Shown here piece by piece: positions 16,952 to 20,416 of a stretch of 20,416 bases of DNA. This stretch comes from Deltaproteobacteria bacterium TL4 (lineage in GTDB: Bacteria; SAR324; NAC60-12): NCBI GenBank assembly GCA_051382335.1, contig JBBCAX010000198.1, positions 1-20,416 on the forward strand. Reading direction: 5' to 3'. The stretch's first letter is position 1. Each line of letters starts with the position of its first letter. The translations under genes and the position numbers were made by a program. Below the pieces are notes generated by a model. That model worked only from the letters and a program-made list of their open reading frames with translations, made no database searches and had not been told where the DNA came from.

Positions 16952-16979
16952 TTGACATCTTTAGCTCAAAAACTATAAT
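16952..16979 (+). promoter_or_regulatory. Consensus sigma70 promoter upstream of the radical SAM gene
   Basis: TTGACA (16952-16957), 16-nt spacer, TATAAT (16974-16979), about 45 nt before the ATG at 17024. Confidence 0.75.
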
Positions 16980-17023
16980 ATCCCTTGCTAATAACAGGCC
17001 CCCTTTCTTCACAGGTCCCTTGA

Positions 17024-18484
17024 ATGATCTTACTGACAACAGCCAACGCCAGGTATTCTCACACGTCTCTGGGACTGAGATACCTTTACGCCAATATGCA
17101 GGAGTTGCAAAAGTCCACTTTTCTGCTGGAATACACGATTAAAAACAGTGCTCAAACCTTGGTCGATCACTGGCTTTCCTATCACCCCAAGATCATTGGG
17201 ATCGGGATTTACATTTGGAATGTGGAACTTCTTTCCCAAGCGATTTCACTGCTCAAAAAAACGCACCCCCACATCTATATTGTGGTTGGAGGTCCCGAGG
17301 TGAGTTATGGTGTTTCTGAGGAACTTTTTGAATTGGTGGATTACATCATTCCGTTAGCAGGGGATCAATCTTTTAGAACGCTTTGTCAGGATCTGCTCAA
17401 CAACAAGGCCCCCCAAACGAAAGTCCTTCCCAAAGATAACCTTGAGGTCAAAGAACTGGTTTTGCCTTATGAATTCTATACGGACCAAGACATTCTCCAT
17501 CGAAAGATCTATGTCGAAGCGTCAAGAGGTTGCGCTTTCAAATGCCAATTTTGCCTGTCCTCCCTGGATGAACGCGTCAAGCCCTTTGATACTCAGCAAT
17601 TTTTGTCTGAGATTAAAAAACTATATCAGCGGGGAGCGAGACATTTCAAATTTGTAGATCGAACTTTTAATCTCCATATCCAACAAGCCATCGCCATTTT
17701 ATCTTTTTTCCTGGAAGAAATGCCTGACCAGGATTACTCCCTCCATTTTGAAGTGATTCCTGATCGTCTCCCCCTGGAGTTAAAAGCCTATCTTTTGAAG
17801 TTTAAGGAAGGGGTTTTACAGTTTGAAGTTGGAATTCAGACTTTTGATGAAAAGATTTCAGCCTTAATTGGGCGGCGGCAAAATAAAACCAAAGCTCTTG
17901 AGAATTTAACGTTTCTCCGACAGCACACCAGGATTCGTCTGCATGTTGATTTAATCATAGGTTTGCCTGGTGCTACTCTGGACCTTTTCAAAGAGGATCT
18001 GAATCACCTGGTAGCCATCGGAGCTCAGGAGATTCAAATCGGCATTTTAAAAAATCTCAAAGGCACGGCCCTCAGCCAACACACACCCACTCACAAGATG
18101 AGCTACAGTCCCAATCCTCCTTATGAAATCGAAAGTAATGTTGATTTGAATTTTGAATTGATGACCCGGTTAAAGCGCTTTGCCAAATATTGGGATCATT
18201 ACTACAATTCTGGAAATTTCACTCAATCGATGGCCTTGCTCTTTAGGGCTTCGGATCCTTTTGGTGAGTTTTTTAAATTTTCTGAATACACGCATGCCCT
18301 GCTCAAAAAAACCTATGAAATTTCCCTGGATCAGTACGCCGAAGTATTATATCACTATCTGGTCTCAGAGCAACACAGGGATCCTTTACAGATCCAGGAC
18401 ATCCTTTTGAAAGATACCTTGATCAAACCAGGCCGTAAAGTTCCAGGCTTTCTGAAAACTCCCTATGGACCGTATCCCCGCTAA
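17024..18484 (+). CDS. B12-binding radical SAM protein (probable C-terminal DUF4080)
   Basis: NARYSHTSLGLRYL, GIYIWN, VVGGPEVSY (cobalamin-binding domain); YVEASRGCAFKCQFCLSS (CxxxCxxC); FKFVDRTFN; FEVGIQT; HVDLIIGLPG; YYNSGNF. Confidence 0.93.
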   Translation: MILLTTANARYSHTSLGLRYLYANMQELQKSTFLLEYTIKNSAQTLVDHWLSYHPKIIGIGIYIWNVELLSQAISLLKKTHPHIYIVVGGPEVSYGVSEELFELVDYIIPLAGDQSFRTLCQDLLNNKAPQTKVLPKDNLEVKELVLPYEFYTDQDILHRKIYVEASRGCAFKCQFCLSSLDERVKPFDTQQFLSEIKKLYQRGARHFKFVDRTFNLHIQQAIAILSFFLEEMPDQDYSLHFEVIPDRLPLELKAYLLKFKEGVLQFEVGIQTFDEKISALIGRRQNKTKALENLTFLRQHTRIRLHVDLIIGLPGATLDLFKEDLNHLVAIGAQEIQIGILKNLKGTALSQHTPTHKMSYSPNPPYEIESNVDLNFELMTRLKRFAKYWDHYYNSGNFTQSMALLFRASDPFGEFFKFSEYTHALLKKTYEISLDQYAEVLYHYLVSEQHRDPLQIQDILLKDTLIKPGRKVPGFLKTPYGPYPR

Positions 18485-18666
18485 ACCTCCGAACCATCAA
18501 CATAATCATCGTAACTCAAGCGACCCAAGAACAACCCTATCAGAGCAAACAGGGTTGTCAAAAAAGTGCCTCCTGAAAAAACATAAGAAAGCAGCACAAA
18601 AAGAATGAGTACCGTGTACCTGACCAGTTTGTTGCTTTTAAATTGGAATAATAGTTCTTCCATCAT
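18481..18666 (-). CDS. Small two-TM membrane protein
   Basis: Two hydrophobic helices, GGAG SD upstream, stop overlaps the convergent radical SAM stop. Confidence 0.65.
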   Translation of the reverse strand: MMEELLFQFKSNKLVRYTVLILFVLLSYVFSGGTFLTTLFALIGLFLGRLSYDDYVDGSEV

Positions 18667-18751
18667 TGAAGGGCTCCCATAAGATCTGATTCGTATTTTC
18701 TTAACAATTCACACTCAGCAAAAAAATTACTATTTTTAATCCTTCTACCAT

Positions 18752-18775
18752 ATTGATATTCCATAAAATATCAAT
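18752..18775. promoter_or_regulatory. Palindromic candidate operator ATTGATATT-N6-AATATCAAT
   Basis: Perfect 9-bp arms in the divergent intergenic region; AT-rich context lowers significance. Confidence 0.35.
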
Positions 18776-18927
18776 CTTTTTAGCAATTCTTGTCATTGAG
18801 TTTTAAAAAGATAGTGGTATGCTGGAAAAGTATTTATTAAAATTAAACCGAACCCATTGACAAAAACCAGAATCTCTCCCTATATATGAGAGACTTATTT
18901 TTTTACTGGAGGATTTTTTCTGTGTAA

Positions 18928-18957
18928 ACGATAAGCGTCTCTGCCAACTGTTGTCAA
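18928..18957 (-). promoter_or_regulatory. Possible sigma70 promoter towards the small membrane protein; a second TTGACA at 18857 points the other way
   Basis: Minus strand TTGACA-N18-TATCGT; plus strand TTGACA(18857)-N18-TATATA. Confidence 0.35.
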
Positions 18958-18985
18958 TCTCAATTCCTTTTTGAAAGGGGTGCCA

Positions 18986-20359
18986 ATGTTTCGTAATCAA
19001 AATTTGTTTATACGCTTTTTGCAGTTAGCCGGAATCTTATTTCTCTGTTGGAGCCTGTATACGTGTAATGCAGGCAGTTCTTCGGATGACAGTGCCAAAA
19101 CTAACAATGATCTTGTTGACAATGGCCCGGGACTTGTTGGAGGAACGACAACAGCAACAACACCGGAGGCAGAGGAACTGTTGCCGCCTCCGGTGGAAGG
19201 GACGAATACTGATGCCAATAATACAATTCCGGTCGCAAAGGCTGGAACGGACCAAACCATTTTGGTTGGAAAGACCGTTTCTTTGGATGGAAGTGCCAGT
19301 AGTGATGCTGATGGGGATAAACTGACTTATACCTGGTCGCTCCTGCTAAAACCTCAGGGAAGTCAGGCCACACTGAGCAGCACCAACACGGCCACCACCT
19401 CTTTTGTTACGGATGTCAAAGGTTCTTATGGTGTTGAATTGGTAGTCGCTGATGGCAAAGCCACAAGCCCAGGAGGGCAAATTCTCATTATTGCGGTCAC
19501 CCCAGAGCTGGCCTTGGATGCTGTTTCTTCCATGGTTTCAGGGTCCATTGTGGACGCAAAAACAGGAAATATGATTAACAATGTGACGGTAACCGTACAG
19601 GGGACGGGAAGACAGTATGTGCTCGATTCCCAAGGTAACGCGCTGGAATCCTTCACCACCAACGGCGTTGTGGATGTCGCATTATCAGAAACGGCGAAAC
19701 CGTCCTCGACAGATAGAGTTGGATTGACCCTGGTCGCCAGTGCGCCTGGCTTCGTTTCCAGTAGTGTCCCGTTAAAGATAGATCAGGAAGGTGTGACCAG
19801 TTTTTCCTTGAGTATGGTTAATCAGTCTGATCCACCCGAGGGAGTCACTATGGCCGAGAATAGCGTCACGAGTGATACGACCACGGGGGCAGTCACACAA
19901 GAGCTCAGTGTTGTGACCACAGATGCTTCAGCGACACAGGTTACGATTCCTCAGGGAACCATCATGAAGGATAAAGAGGGGCATCCTTTAACAGGAACCC
20001 TGACCACTCAAGTAGGATATCACAGTCACCAATCAAGTACGGCACTTGAGTCTTTTCCCGGTGGCTTGAGCGTCACCCGAAGTGATGCCACTGGAAGCAA
20101 TCCCTCTGAAGGCGAATTTGTTTCAGCAGGTTTTGTCTCCGTAGAAGTCAAAGACGCCAATGGACAATCTGCGGCAACCATGGACAAAAGTATCGCCATC
20201 ACCATGAAAGTTCCTGCCGGAACCTATAATGCCGAGGAAAACCGTGATGTTCAAGATGATGATCTCATTCCACTTTGGAGTTATGATACGGGCTTGGTCG
20301 TAAGTTCGGCCACCCCCTTAGAATCTAGCTTGCCCATGCCACAGCATAATTTTCTCTGA
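18986..20359 (+). CDS. PKD/Ig-like domain surface lipoprotein, probably C-terminally truncated
   Basis: ATG at 18986 after AAAGGGG; signal peptide with LYT-C; PVAKAGTDQT...VSLDGSASSDADGDKLTYTWSL...GSYGVELVVADG PKD repeat; further beta-rich domain to IPLWSYD, then an abrupt change in sequence character. Confidence 0.8.
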   Translation: MFRNQNLFIRFLQLAGILFLCWSLYTCNAGSSSDDSAKTNNDLVDNGPGLVGGTTTATTPEAEELLPPPVEGTNTDANNTIPVAKAGTDQTILVGKTVSLDGSASSDADGDKLTYTWSLLLKPQGSQATLSSTNTATTSFVTDVKGSYGVELVVADGKATSPGGQILIIAVTPELALDAVSSMVSGSIVDAKTGNMINNVTVTVQGTGRQYVLDSQGNALESFTTNGVVDVALSETAKPSSTDRVGLTLVASAPGFVSSSVPLKIDQEGVTSFSLSMVNQSDPPEGVTMAENSVTSDTTTGAVTQELSVVTTDASATQVTIPQGTIMKDKEGHPLTGTLTTQVGYHSHQSSTALESFPGGLSVTRSDATGSNPSEGEFVSAGFVSVEVKDANGQSAATMDKSIAITMKVPAGTYNAEENRDVQDDDLIPLWSYDTGLVVSSATPLESSLPMPQHNFL

Positions 20360-20416
20360 CTCTGGGTCTCAGAGGTAAATCCATGCGATTTAAAAGTTCG
20401 TTAAACAGATTTCTGT
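20290..20416 (+). mobile_element. Possible left end of an insertion sequence interrupting the lipoprotein gene
   Basis: Sequence changes to GGCTTGGTCGTAAGTTC right after the IPLWSYD motif; GAGGT SD and ATG at 20383 run off the window end. No second IR or transposase motif is visible. Confidence 0.35.

Noticed and set aside
16770..17039. 89-aa minus-strand ORF in the intergenic region
   Set aside because: It spans the promoter and tandem repeat, overlaps the radical SAM start and shows no motif.
18752..18775. FNR box
   Set aside because: TTGAT and ATCAA are 12 nt apart, not the 4 nt of an FNR site; kept only as a generic palindrome.
1..20416. CRISPR array, tRNA/rRNA, retron or known riboswitch; remaining short antisense or alternative-frame ORFs
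   Set aside because: No regularly spaced repeats, cloverleaf, reverse transcriptase or recognisable aptamer was seen. The other short ORFs lie inside well-supported genes and lack motifs.

Overview
A 20.4 kb, moderately AT-rich window from a Gram-negative bacterium (the gene content suggests a deltaproteobacterial/SAR324-like lineage; this is inference only). It starts inside an IS1-family transposase and appears to end at another insertion that truncates a PKD-domain lipoprotein. In between lie: an atypical pal-tolQ-tolR operon with no tolA/tolB, a membrane-anchored thioredoxin, a 701-aa fusion of a catalytically degenerate CheA (HPt-like + dimerisation + HATPase) to an intact CheZ phosphatase, a small lipoprotein, a metallophosphoesterase, a YceI protein, a fusion of an uncharacterised Nudix-like domain to a HAL2/SAL1-type 3'(2'),5'-bisphosphate nucleotidase, a PAS-PAS hybrid histidine kinase, a second degraded IS1-like transposase, rlmJ, a truncated SCO-like gene, a Mesh1-like small alarmone hydrolase, a DUF3015 + DUF4105(Lnb-like)/beta-barrel pair and a B12-binding radical SAM enzyme with a perfect sigma70 promoter preceded by 11-bp tandem repeats. 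Several REP-like palindromes sit in intergenic regions. The most notable items are the pseudo-CheA-CheZ fusion and the Nudix-HAL2 fusion. All calls come from motif recognition by eye; no database searches were run.
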